From an uncultured Acidimicrobiales bacterium (GTDB lineage: Bacteria; Actinomycetota; Acidimicrobiia; Acidimicrobiales; SHLQ01): a stretch of 64,000 bases of DNA. The translations under genes were made by a program, and so were the position numbers. The stretch lies in assembly GCA_964451305.1 (NCBI GenBank), contig CAYVHV010000006.1, forward strand, positions 10,820 to 74,819, written 5' to 3'. The notes below the pieces were generated by a model, which saw nothing but the letters and a program-made list of their open reading frames with translations, was not told the DNA's origin and made no database searches. Numbering within the stretch: the stretch's first letter is position 1; each line of letters begins with the position of its first letter. Below, one piece after another: positions 18,601 through 28,039 of this stretch.

Positions 18601-19620
18601 TTACGAGACGAGTTCGGAGGCGCGGCCTGTCGGTGCGCCTTCGGCGATCGGATCAGCAGCCACCATTGCGTACCAGGTAACGGCGGTCCACAACAGGACC
18701 GAGCCCGCAATGTGTATCGCGACCAGCCCGACCGGTACCCCGATTCCGTACTGGATGTATCCAACAGCGCCTTGGAGCAAGGCCAGCGAGCCGATCCGGC
18801 CGAACCACTTTTGGTCGAGCATCGACCACGCCTTTTCGCCGTCCGCGTTTCGTGCTTTCCACATCCCAAGCACGATCAAGACGACGAGCACCCAGCCGAG
18901 GAGTGAATGGATGCGGCTGATCTCGCGAATGTCGAAACCGAGGCGCGGAATTGGCTCGCCGGACGATTCGCTACCGGTGTGAGGCCCAGAGCCGGTGACG
19001 AACGTTCCGACGACGATGACCGTCGTTGCCGAGAGGAACATCGAGCGGGCGAGAAGACGACGCTTGAGTTCCTGGGCTGACCGAGCTGGCTGACGGTCGC
19101 CGCTGGCGCGCGGGTTGCGGGCTCGATAATCCAAGACCACGCCGAACCAGATCAAAACGATCGAGAGCAAGAAGTGGCCGATGACGACCCTCGGGTCGAG
19201 CTCGGTCCGAGTGACCAACATGCCCAACAAGACCTGGCCAATGAAACCAAAAACGGTGGCATAGATGACGCCCAACAGATCGGGTCGGGAGCGACGAGCA
19301 CCAATCCACGCTGCGATCACCGGGATGATCGCGAGGCCCGAGATCATCCGGTTGCCGAATTCGATCGCGGAGTGAAAGCCAGGCGCATCGAGTTCGGTGT
19401 TTACCGAACACGTTGGCCAGTCCGTACAGCCGAGGCCCGAACCGGTCAGTCGAACCGCTGCACCGGTGACCGTGATGACCATCAACCAGACCAACGCAAA
19501 GCGAGTCCAGAAGCTGAGCGGCCGCGCCCAGACGGTCGGGTTGGACGCGACGGAGCCTGCGTTCGCGGCGTTGTCTTCCTCGAAGCCGGTGTTCTTACCG
19601 GGAGTCAAGAATTTCGACAT
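18601..19620 (-). CDS. ctaA: heme A synthase (COX15/CtaA family)
   Basis: [18 protein letters not shown] motif, 8 hydrophobic helices, conserved His in helices. Start set at MSKFLTPG (ATG 19620). The upstream extension in the track is Arg/Cys-rich and looks non-coding. Confidence 0.85.
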   Translation of the reverse strand: MSKFLTPGKNTGFEEDNAANAGSVASNPTVWARPLSFWTRFALVWLMVITVTGAAVRLTGSGLGCTDWPTCSVNTELDAPGFHSAIEFGNRMISGLAIIPVIAAWIGARRSRPDLLGVIYATVFGFIGQVLLGMLVTRTELDPRVVIGHFLLSIVLIWFGVVLDYRARNPRASGDRQPARSAQELKRRLLARSMFLSATTVIVVGTFVTGSGPHTGSESSGEPIPRLGFDIREISRIHSLLGWVLVVLIVLGMWKARNADGEKAWSMLDQKWFGRIGSLALLQGAVGYIQYGIGVPVGLVAIHIAGSVLLWTAVTWYAMVAADPIAEGAPTGRASELVS

Positions 19621-19682
19621 GTGACAACGATACGCCCGATGACGTTGGCATAAACAACGCAACGGGTCGTAACCTGTCGAGC

Positions 19683-20582
19683 GTGACAACTGTTGCGCCC
19701 GTGGCGTCCTCCCGTTCAACGCTTGCTGCATACGTTGCGTTGACGAAGCCTCGCATCATCGAGCTGCTGTTGATCACAACGGTTCCGACGATGATCGTCG
19801 CTCAGCGCGGTTGGCCCAGCCTCTGGCTGATCGTTGCAACCGTCGTCGGTGGCACGTTTGCTGCCGGCGGTGCAAACGCCGTCAACATGTACGTCGATCG
19901 AGATATCGACAAGATCATGAACCGCACCAAGGGTCGTCCGCTCGCTACCGGCGAGATCGAGCCCAAGAATGCACTGATCTTCTCAGTGGCGCTTCTGGTT
20001 ATCGCATTTGTCTGGCTGACAGCGTTTGTGAATTTGCTCTCCGCAGTCTTTGCGCTGTCGGCAGCGGCTTTTTACATCTTCGTGTACACGTTGTGGCTCA
20101 AACGAACGTCTACACAGAACATCGTTATCGGTGGCGCCGCTGGTTGTATGCCCGTTCTCGTTGGCTGGGCTGCGGTCACCAACAGCGTTGGGTGGGAGCC
20201 AATCGTGCTCTTCGGTGTCATCTTCTTATGGACGCCGCCACATTTCTGGGCGCTTGCGGTCAAGTACAAGGAAGACTATTCAGCGGCCAACGTGCCGATG
20301 TTGCCGTCGGTCGAAACGCTTGAGAACACCTCGAAGCAGATTTTGGCGTACACCTTGGCCGTGTGGGCGCTCTCGATTGCGTTCACGCCAATCGCGTCGA
20401 TGGGCTGGATCTACACGGTGACGGCGGTTGTGTCCGGTGCGGTATTCACGCTGTACGCCGTGCAACTGCTGCGAGATCCAACTCCAAAACGAGCAATGAA
20501 GGTCTTTACCTTCTCCATCACCTATTTGTCGGTGCTGTTCATTGCTATGGGTGTCGATTCGCTCGTTATTCCAGTCGCATAG
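19683..20582 (+). CDS. ctaB: protoheme IX farnesyltransferase (heme O synthase)
   Basis: ALTKPRIIELLLITT, NMYVDRDIDKIMNRTKGRPLATG, and a UbiA-type polyprenyltransferase layout. Divergent from ctaA. Confidence 0.9.
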   Translation: MTTVAPVASSRSTLAAYVALTKPRIIELLLITTVPTMIVAQRGWPSLWLIVATVVGGTFAAGGANAVNMYVDRDIDKIMNRTKGRPLATGEIEPKNALIFSVALLVIAFVWLTAFVNLLSAVFALSAAAFYIFVYTLWLKRTSTQNIVIGGAAGCMPVLVGWAAVTNSVGWEPIVLFGVIFLWTPPHFWALAVKYKEDYSAANVPMLPSVETLENTSKQILAYTLAVWALSIAFTPIASMGWIYTVTAVVSGAVFTLYAVQLLRDPTPKRAMKVFTFSITYLSVLFIAMGVDSLVIPVA

Positions 20583-20627
20583 CCACGATCCAAACACCGG
20601 CGTTTCGCGCCCTCAGTGGTCAAATAT

Positions 20628-20649
20628 CGCGCGGTTCGTGCGCTCTTTT
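20628..20649 (+). terminator. weak candidate terminator after ctaB
   Basis: gcgcg-gttcg-tgcgc short stem followed by tctttt. Confidence 0.3.
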
Positions 20650-20830
20650 GAGGTGTTGGCGGCCGGATCATCGGTGTGACGTCGGTCTCCGAGTGGACGT
20701 TGGTCGGTGAAGCGCGCGAGAACTATTGTCTGAATCGGAATAAAGCGCCGATCTGGGTCAAAAGTCCCGTAACATTCGGGAGTCCCTTTTGGTCGGCGCG
20801 CGACCACACGTTCAAGGTGAATCTTTCTCG

Positions 20831-22522
20831 ATGACAGCAACGGAAACGCAACCAGAGGCTCACGAAGACATCGGTGAGACTCATGAGGCAGAAATGGGTG
20901 CAGCGTCGAGTGACGGTCTGTACCGGCTCATCGCATCCAACGACCACAAAGATGTCGGTCGCATGTGGATCGCGATGTCCCTCATCTTCTTCGTTGGCCT
21001 CGCCGCTCTCGGTGTCGTAAACGAAATCGAACGAATTTCGGTAGACCCGCAGATCTGGGGCAGCGTAAGCCGCGCCTTCCAGAGCTGGGTACTCTTCCGA
21101 ACCGGAGCGATCTTCATGGTCGTCATCCCAATGTTCATTGGCCTCGCAACGGTCGTTACGCCCCTGCAGGTTGGTTCGGCAGCCATTGCGTTCCCCCGCC
21201 TCACCGCAGCATCGTTCTGGGGCTGGCTGTTCGCATCGATCATCCACGTCGTTTCGTTCCTCGCCGACGGTGGCCTCGGTCCGGCGCAGACCACCAGCCA
21301 GCAGTCGACGCTCCTGACGATGACGTCGCTCAGCTTCATGATCATTGCGCTCCTCGGCGCATCGGTCGCTATTGCGACGACCATCGTGGCACTGCGCCCG
21401 ACCGGAATGACCTTGATCGATGTCCCTGCCTTTTCGTGGTCGATGCTCGTCGCCACCTCGATCTGGCTGCTGTCGCTGCCGGTTCTGATCTCCAACATGA
21501 TCTTGGCCTACGTCGATCTTCAGGGCCGCCCGTTCCTCGACCTTGGCAACCCCGACCTCCTGTGGTCCCGTCTCGAATGGGCCTGGTCACAGCCGCAGGT
21601 CTTCGCGTACGCCATCCCGGTCCTCGGCATCCTCGCCGACGTCATGCCGGTGCAGACGAAGAGCCGTCAGGCGGGACGTCCAATCTTGCTTGGAATGATC
21701 GGCATGTTCGGCGTGCTCTCGTTCGGCGCGTGGGCCCAGAGCTTCTGGTCAAAGGGCGGGGATCCCGCCTTCGAGAACGGCAACTTCATCTACGAAGAAA
21801 CGCTGTACATCTTGTTCGGCCTGCTCATCTTCCTCCCCGCATTTGGGGCATTTAGCGGCTCGATGGACCAGATCCGACGGGGTACAGCCCCAAAGCCAGG
21901 CGGCGCACTCGTCGGTGTGGCGAGCGGTGCGCTCTTGCTCCTCGGAGCAACGGTCGCTGGTGAGCTTCGAGTCCTTGCAGGACTGCTCGACCTTCTCGGT
22001 GTGAACCCAAGCTGGAGCGCCCTCGAGACGAACGGTGTCCTCCTCTCATCATCGACCGGCATCTTGCTCATGGTCGTCGCAGCGGCAATGGCATCGGCGA
22101 TCGGTGGCCTCGTCCACTGGGCGCCGAAGATCTTCGGCGGCTTTGCAGTCGACCCGCTCGCCGCTCTCGGAGCAATGGCCCTCCTCGGCGGTGGTGTGGC
22201 CGCTGGCGTTGGCAACATCATCTCGGCCTTTGACGGCCAGCCCGATGACATTCGTTTCGTCGACAACGTCGATGGCCTCATCAGCACGATGAACGTCCTG
22301 TCGACCGTCGGCCTTGCAATGATGGCCGCCGGTGCCCTTGCGATGATTGGCTCAATTCTTCCGGCCGGGCGAAGCAAGGAAGTCATCTCCGATGATCCAT
22401 GGGGTGGACAGACCCTCGAGTGGGCGTCCCCATCGCCACCACCGATCGGCAACTTCGTCGAACCCGTCGGTGTCGTTCGCTCACCTGAACCATTGCTCGA
22501 CGAGATCGAGGGGGCCAACTGA
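20831..22522 (+). CDS. heme-copper oxidase subunit I-like protein lacking the canonical heme/CuB ligands
   Basis: Collinear by eye with the CtaD encoded at 25358: NDHKDVGRMW, AFPRLTAASFWGW, LRPTGMTLIDVPAFSW, DPWGGQTLEW. The ligand positions read R (21098), Q and F (21590, 21602) and QS (21737-21742). The start could also be 20789. Confidence 0.8.
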   Translation: MTATETQPEAHEDIGETHEAEMGAASSDGLYRLIASNDHKDVGRMWIAMSLIFFVGLAALGVVNEIERISVDPQIWGSVSRAFQSWVLFRTGAIFMVVIPMFIGLATVVTPLQVGSAAIAFPRLTAASFWGWLFASIIHVVSFLADGGLGPAQTTSQQSTLLTMTSLSFMIIALLGASVAIATTIVALRPTGMTLIDVPAFSWSMLVATSIWLLSLPVLISNMILAYVDLQGRPFLDLGNPDLLWSRLEWAWSQPQVFAYAIPVLGILADVMPVQTKSRQAGRPILLGMIGMFGVLSFGAWAQSFWSKGGDPAFENGNFIYEETLYILFGLLIFLPAFGAFSGSMDQIRRGTAPKPGGALVGVASGALLLLGATVAGELRVLAGLLDLLGVNPSWSALETNGVLLSSSTGILLMVVAAAMASAIGGLVHWAPKIFGGFAVDPLAALGAMALLGGGVAAGVGNIISAFDGQPDDIRFVDNVDGLISTMNVLSTVGLAMMAAGALAMIGSILPAGRSKEVISDDPWGGQTLEWASPSPPPIGNFVEPVGVVRSPEPLLDEIEGAN

Positions 22523-23133
22523 TGGCAGCCAATGCAGTCACTGCACCACCAGCACCTGAACTCGCACGTAACCGCACGCTCGTCGTAGGCACCGCCTTCG
22601 TCTCCGGCGCGGTGATCATGCTGTTCGTTGGGTTGTTCAGCGTCTATATCTCGATCCGCCAGAACAACGAACTCCTCGTCGAGAGCCTCCTCGGCGGAAG
22701 CCTCTGGTTCCCTGAAGGCGCAGTGCAGATCGCGCCCGGAACCATGATGATGTTCACCACGTGGATCTCGGTCATGACGATCGCATGGGCCGTGCAGGCC
22801 TTCAGAAACGACGATCGTCGCAACGCCTACGTTGCTCTCACCCTCACCATTCTTATGGGAGCTGCGGTGATCAACCAGATGGTCTTCGCAATTGGCGACT
22901 TTGGCCTCCCCGTCGATCGGTCGACCCCAGCGATGCTGCTGTTCACGCTCTACGGCAGCTACATCGTGCTGCTCGGCACAGCGATCGCATTCGTCTTTCT
23001 CATGTTCATGCGAGCCATCGCTGGACAGTTCAACTCAAAGAACGCTGACGGCATCGAAGCTGCCGCCATCTTCTGGTACGCAACGGTGATTCTGTACCAC
23101 CCCATCTGGTACCTCATCACCATTACGAAGTGA
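22522..23133 (+). CDS. oxidase subunit III-like 5-TM protein (divergent paralogue)
   Basis: Collinear with CtaE at 27396: AVQAFRNDDRRN vs ALSAVKRDDERN, FTLYGSYIV vs FTLTGFHGVHV, IFWYATV vs LYWHFVD. Its start overlaps the preceding stop (TGATG). Confidence 0.7.
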   Translation: MAANAVTAPPAPELARNRTLVVGTAFVSGAVIMLFVGLFSVYISIRQNNELLVESLLGGSLWFPEGAVQIAPGTMMMFTTWISVMTIAWAVQAFRNDDRRNAYVALTLTILMGAAVINQMVFAIGDFGLPVDRSTPAMLLFTLYGSYIVLLGTAIAFVFLMFMRAIAGQFNSKNADGIEAAAIFWYATVILYHPIWYLITITK

Positions 23134-23140
23134 GCCTGAC

Positions 23141-23944
23141 ATGATTCCAACAGGATTAAAGCTCTACGCCGGTATCGCCGTCGCCGCTCTTGCCGCCGCC
23201 GCCCTTGGTGGCTGGACGAGTGGTGGCAGCTTCGTCGGGCCGATCAGCGCTGGCTACAAGGGCGGCATTGGTGACTACGTCAGCTACGTCGTGCTCGTCG
23301 GTGTGGCATTCGTGTCGATCATCGTCGGCGGCCTTCTCACCGTCTTTCGCGATGCTGACGCAACCGCCGTTGCGGCATCGATGGGACTTGCTCAGGCGCC
23401 GGTCGGACAGCGTCCGGTCGCAGCATCCATCTGGCCGATCGTCGCCGGCATTGGTGTGTCGTTCCTCGCTGTAGGTATTGCAGTCAACGCTGCGATCACC
23501 GGCGTCGGCTTTGTCATCCTCGCCATCGTTGCATTCGAGTGGACCATGACCGCATGGGCCGATCGAGCAACCGGTGACTCCAAGGCCAACGAAGCGCTTC
23601 GCGCCCAGATCATGGGCCCGTTCGAGATTCCATTGCTCGGCCTCATGGCTGCGGGCGTCGTCGTCATTGCGGTCAGCCGAATCTTGCTCGCCTCATCTGA
23701 GCTTGGAGCGGTCGTCGTCGGCGGCGTCGTTTCGGTCATTATCTTGGGAGTCGGCATTTTCGCCGCTCAGGGGCCAACAGTTTCTAAGAATGTGATTACA
23801 GGAGTTGCTGGCGTTGTGCTTGCTGGCATACTCATCGGAGGTGTTTGGGGTGCCGTGTCGGGAACACGTGTCATCGAAGAGCACTTCGAAGAGGGAGAAT
23901 CGGGCGAGGTAGAGGGCGAAGCGGCTGTAGAGGCTGAATCGTGA
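23141..23944 (+). CDS. multi-pass membrane protein with a CtaF (actinobacterial subunit IV)-like segment and an acidic tail
   Basis: SIWPIVAGIGVSFLAVG...GFVILAIVAFEW resembles the S.(W/F)P...two-helix motif of actinobacterial CtaF and the C-terminal extension of the CtaD below. Starts 8 nt after the previous gene. Confidence 0.55.
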   Translation: MIPTGLKLYAGIAVAALAAAALGGWTSGGSFVGPISAGYKGGIGDYVSYVVLVGVAFVSIIVGGLLTVFRDADATAVAASMGLAQAPVGQRPVAASIWPIVAGIGVSFLAVGIAVNAAITGVGFVILAIVAFEWTMTAWADRATGDSKANEALRAQIMGPFEIPLLGLMAAGVVVIAVSRILLASSELGAVVVGGVVSVIILGVGIFAAQGPTVSKNVITGVAGVVLAGILIGGVWGAVSGTRVIEEHFEEGESGEVEGEAAVEAES

Positions 23945-24041
23945 CCTGCCCCGACCACGCTGTCACTTCACCCTCCCGACTACGCTCGGGAAAAGTTTCA
24001 CAAGTAATCGTTGACCTCGATCAGTGCCGAAGGAAACATCA

Positions 24042-25358
24042 ATGAACCGCCTCAAACCGTCAACTCGTAAGGTTGTTAAATTCCTTGCGCTCTTGACGGC
24101 AGCATTCGTTCTGGCAGCGTGTGCCGATAACGCGCCGCTCGATACTCGTGGAGACAACCTCCAAGGACCGGAAGCCCGCGACATCGAGAGCTTCCTGCGT
24201 TGGGTCTTGTGGGTCGCATACGTGGTGTTCGCACTCGTGATGGGTCTCACGTTGTATGCCTGGAAGAACTTCCGCATCAAGACCGACGACTACGAGGACG
24301 ATGAGTTTCCCGAGCAGATCGACCACAGTAAGTGGGAGATTGTCTGGACGATCGTTCCTGCGATCATCCTCGCCGTTGTCGCAGGATTCACGCTCATCTT
24401 GCACCTTCAAGTCAACGGCCGCGAAGACAATCCGATCACGGTGGAAGTCGCCGATGGGTCCTCGGTCGAATGGGAACCGGAGATCGTCGTTGTTGGCCAG
24501 CAATGGTGGTGGGAGTACCAGTACCACTTCGGCGATGTTGAGCTCACCGCCCAGCGCGTTGAAACGCTCCCAAACGCAGACATCACCACCGCAACCCAGA
24601 TGGTCATCCCGGTCGGCATGGAGATCGAACTCGAAGTCACCAGCCGCGACGTGATCCACTCGCACTGGATTCCATCGCTAAACGGTAAGCGTGACGCCGT
24701 TCCCGGCCGCCAGAGTGCACCGTGGAAGATTCAAGCCGATGAACCGGGTGTCTACTTCGGTCAGTGCACCGAGTTCTGTGGCCTCTCACACTCCCGTATG
24801 CGCATGCAGGTCGTGGCGCTCCCAGAGGCAGAGTTCCAAGAGTGGGTCACCGCCCAGATGACCGGCCTCGAGCTCTCCCCAGAAACCGCTGCGTACGTCG
24901 CTGAACTCGCAGCTGGCGAGACCATCCCTCCAGAGGGCAACGAGCAGCGTGCGATCGACACCTTCCGCACCAAGTGCGCATCGTGCCACGTGCTCGATGG
25001 TGTCACCGACGGCATCGTTGCTCGTCCGGAAGAACAGCTCGTTTCCGGTGCAGCTCCGAACCTCACGCACTTTGCAACTCGAACCACCTTCGCCGGTGGT
25101 ATCCGCAACGTGTACGACACGAACACCGGTGAGTTCAACCGCAACGATCTTGCCCAGTGGCTTCGCGATCCAGCGTCGATCAAAGCGAACTTCACCGAGC
25201 CAGTAAGTGACACGGATAGCCGCCTCCGCGGAATGCCAAACCTGGGTCTCACCACTCAGGAAGTAGACGATCTCGTATCGCTACTCGAATCGACCGGGCC
25301 TCAAGAGGGCGAATTTGAGTCGTTCGATTTCATCATCGAAGAAACGGGGATCGAATAA
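24042..25358 (+). CDS. ctaC: cytochrome c oxidase subunit II with a fused C-terminal cytochrome c domain (caa3 type), lipoprotein-like signal
   Basis: CuA site HSHWIP...CTEFCGLSHSRM, heme c site CASCH, N-terminal LALLTAAFVLAAC. ATG 24042 is preceded by GAAGGAAA. GTG 24024 is an alternative start. Confidence 0.9.
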   Translation: MNRLKPSTRKVVKFLALLTAAFVLAACADNAPLDTRGDNLQGPEARDIESFLRWVLWVAYVVFALVMGLTLYAWKNFRIKTDDYEDDEFPEQIDHSKWEIVWTIVPAIILAVVAGFTLILHLQVNGREDNPITVEVADGSSVEWEPEIVVVGQQWWWEYQYHFGDVELTAQRVETLPNADITTATQMVIPVGMEIELEVTSRDVIHSHWIPSLNGKRDAVPGRQSAPWKIQADEPGVYFGQCTEFCGLSHSRMRMQVVALPEAEFQEWVTAQMTGLELSPETAAYVAELAAGETIPPEGNEQRAIDTFRTKCASCHVLDGVTDGIVARPEEQLVSGAAPNLTHFATRTTFAGGIRNVYDTNTGEFNRNDLAQWLRDPASIKANFTEPVSDTDSRLRGMPNLGLTTQEVDDLVSLLESTGPQEGEFESFDFIIEETGIE

Positions 25359-27403
25359 TGGCAATTATCGACCAGCCATTGGCCATCGGCTCTGGCGACG
25401 GACCGGTTGAGACCGTCGATCGTCCGCTCGGTACGATCACCCGGCCTCGAGAATCTGGAACCTGGCGAGACTGGCTGACCACCGTCGACCATAAGAAGAT
25501 CGGCATCATGTACGGCGCTGCCGCGATGTTCTTCTTCGTGATCGGTGGCGCTGAAGCGTTGCTGATTCGCCTCCAGTTGGCCACTCCAAACGGCACGCTG
25601 TTGTCGCCCGAGGTGTACAACCAAGTCTTCACCATGCACGGCGTGACGATGATCTTCCTCGTCGCAATGCCCATGGGTGCGGCGTTTGCCAACTACCTCC
25701 TGCCGCTGCAAATCGGTGCTCGAGATGTGGCATTCCCTCGTTTGAATGCGCTCAGTTTCTGGGTCTTCCTCTTCGGTGGATTGTTCTTGAACTCGGCATG
25801 GCTACTCGGCGGTGGCGCCGACGGCGGCTGGTTCAACTACGCACCGAACTCGACGGTGACGTTCTCGCCATCGCACGGCATCGACTTCTACGCACTCGGC
25901 CTGCAGATCACCGGTGTTGCTTCGCTCGTCGGCGCAATCAACCTGATCACGACCGTGCTGAACATGCGTCCCAAGGGCATGACCCTGATGCGGATGCCGA
26001 TCTTCACATGGATGAACCTGGTCGTACAGTTCCTACTGCTCTTCGCAGTTCCCGTGATCTCGGTGGCACTGTTCGAACTCACCTTCGACCGCCTCTTCGA
26101 CGCCAACTTCTTCAACACCGAAGCCGGCGCCGACCCGTTGCTCTGGCAGCACCTCTTCTGGATCTTTGGTCACCCAGAGGTGTACATCCTCATCCTTCCG
26201 AGCTTCGGCATTGTCTCCGAGGTCATCCCGGTCTTCTCCCGTAAGCCAATCTTCGGGTATAGCTTCATGGTCGCTTCGGGCGTTGCCATTGGGTTCATGG
26301 GCTGGGGCGTTTGGGCTCACCACATGTTTGTTTCGGGCATCGGTCCAATCTCGGTCGCTGCGTTCTCGCTCTCGACGATGTTCATCGCGGTGCCAACCGG
26401 CGTGAAAATCCTCAACTGGCTCGCAACGATCTGGGGCGGCAAGCTGCGCTTCAACACTGCAATGCTCTTCGCTGTCGGCGTCGTCTCGATGTTCACCATC
26501 GGCGGACTCTCCGGCGTCACCCACTCGATTGCGCCAGCTGACACCCAGCAGACCGACACGTACTACATCGTTGCTCACTTCCACTACGTGATCTTCGGTG
26601 GAACGCTCCTCGGCTTCTTCTCTGGCTTCTACTTCTGGTGGCCAAAGATGTTTGGCTACAAGCTCAACGAGAAGCTCGGTAAGACCAACTTCTGGCTTCA
26701 GATCGTCGGCTTCAACGTCACATTCGGTCCGATGCACATCCTTGGACTCCAAGGCATGAGCCGTCGTATCGATACCTACGATGCGGGCTTCGGGTTTGAG
26801 TTCTGGAACCTCGTTGCAACCGTCGGTGCGTTCATCATCGCCCTCGGTATTGCATTCTTCTTCGTAAACGTTGCGGTCAGCCGCAGGCAGTGGATTGCCG
26901 CTGGCAAGCCAAACCCTGGACCCGATCCATGGGACGCACGAAGCCTCGAATGGATGACCGCATCCCCAACGCCGGTTCACAACTTCGACGAAGAGATCAT
27001 CGTCGATAGCCAAGATGAGTTCTGGCATCGCAAGTACGGCTATGACGAGCAGGGCAACGTTGTCCGCATCGCCACCGCCGAAGAAGTCGCTCAGGACGGA
27101 TCGAACACCAATGTTCACCTCCCATCACCGAGCTACTTCCCAATCTTGCTGGCGCTCAGCATGCCGATCATCAGCTATGGCCTGATCTACAGCCTCTGGC
27201 TCTGCATTCCTGGCGGAATGCTCATGGTGTACTCGATGGTCGGTTGGATGTTCGAGCATCCCGACGATCCAAACGCCGCACACGACGATCACGGCCACGA
27301 TGACCACGGCGATGCGCCAGACGCACTCGAAGCCGGAGATGTCGAGGAAGAGCTCGTCGGCGTAGGAGCCGGAGCACCTGAAACGGAGGTCACCGATGGC
27401 TAG
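25358..27403 (+). CDS. ctaD: cytochrome c oxidase subunit I (all six canonical His present), with a two-helix C-terminal extension and a His/Asp-rich tail
   Basis: FTMHG (His codon 25637), FGHPEVY (His 26171, Tyr 26183), AHHMF (26318-26323), AHFHYV (26576, 26582). Its start overlaps the ctaC stop (TAATG). Confidence 0.95.
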   Translation: MAIIDQPLAIGSGDGPVETVDRPLGTITRPRESGTWRDWLTTVDHKKIGIMYGAAAMFFFVIGGAEALLIRLQLATPNGTLLSPEVYNQVFTMHGVTMIFLVAMPMGAAFANYLLPLQIGARDVAFPRLNALSFWVFLFGGLFLNSAWLLGGGADGGWFNYAPNSTVTFSPSHGIDFYALGLQITGVASLVGAINLITTVLNMRPKGMTLMRMPIFTWMNLVVQFLLLFAVPVISVALFELTFDRLFDANFFNTEAGADPLLWQHLFWIFGHPEVYILILPSFGIVSEVIPVFSRKPIFGYSFMVASGVAIGFMGWGVWAHHMFVSGIGPISVAAFSLSTMFIAVPTGVKILNWLATIWGGKLRFNTAMLFAVGVVSMFTIGGLSGVTHSIAPADTQQTDTYYIVAHFHYVIFGGTLLGFFSGFYFWWPKMFGYKLNEKLGKTNFWLQIVGFNVTFGPMHILGLQGMSRRIDTYDAGFGFEFWNLVATVGAFIIALGIAFFFVNVAVSRRQWIAAGKPNPGPDPWDARSLEWMTASPTPVHNFDEEIIVDSQDEFWHRKYGYDEQGNVVRIATAEEVAQDGSNTNVHLPSPSYFPILLALSMPIISYGLIYSLWLCIPGGMLMVYSMVGWMFEHPDDPNAAHDDHGHDDHGDAPDALEAGDVEEELVGVGAGAPETEVTDG

Positions 27404-28028
27404 CGCAACGGTTGCAATGGACCACGGGGCCGATCACGGTCACGAGGAGCACGAGACCAACTACGGCATGAGCAACAACAAGATGGCCATGTGGCTGTTC
27501 TTGTCGTCTGACTGCCTGCTCTTCGGAGCGTTGATCTCCACGTTCCTGCTCTACCGCACGAACATCTCCGACGGTACGCCGTTCACCGAGCCAGCCGACG
27601 TGTTCGACATCCCGTTCACCTCGCTCAGCTCGTTCGTGTTGCTGATGAGCTCGCTCACGATGGTGCTCGCACTGTCGGCGGTGAAGCGTGACGACGAACG
27701 CAATGGCCGAATCTGGCTCCTCACCACTGCCTTCCTCGGTATGGTCTTCATCGGTGGACAGATCTACGAGTTCACAATCTTCAGCGCAGAAGGTCTGCAG
27801 TACTCCACAAACACGTGGACCTCAGCGTTCTTCACGCTGACCGGCTTTCACGGAGTGCACGTCAGCGTCGGCATCTTGTTGCTCATGGGAACGGTGTTCG
27901 GCACCCGCAACAGTGGCCTCGGTAAAGAGAAGAGTGAAGCCGTCGAGCTCGTTGGTTTGTACTGGCACTTCGTCGACATCGTCTGGGTCATCATCTTCAC
28001 CGTCATCTACCTCATCCCGATCGGATAA
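27396..28028 (+). CDS. ctaE: cytochrome c oxidase subunit III (5-TM form)
   Basis: FFTLTGFHGVHVSVG and LYWHFVDIVWVIIF motifs. Overlaps the ctaD end by 8 nt. Confidence 0.9.
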   Translation: MASATVAMDHGADHGHEEHETNYGMSNNKMAMWLFLSSDCLLFGALISTFLLYRTNISDGTPFTEPADVFDIPFTSLSSFVLLMSSLTMVLALSAVKRDDERNGRIWLLTTAFLGMVFIGGQIYEFTIFSAEGLQYSTNTWTSAFFTLTGFHGVHVSVGILLLMGTVFGTRNSGLGKEKSEAVELVGLYWHFVDIVWVIIFTVIYLIPIG

Positions 28029-28039
28029 GGGGAATTCGT

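Noticed and set aside
26033-27118. 361-aa minus-strand ORF inside ctaD, plus similar long antisense or alternative-frame ORFs (4885-5994 and 4943-6028 in the acyltransferase gene, 14686-15612 in the surface-protein gene, 51895-52731, 56390-57025, 61870-62601, 45857-46597).
   Set aside because: They are Arg/Pro/Gly/Ser-rich with no recognisable motifs. They lie opposite or out of frame to genes with unambiguous family signatures. This is typical of high-GC DNA.
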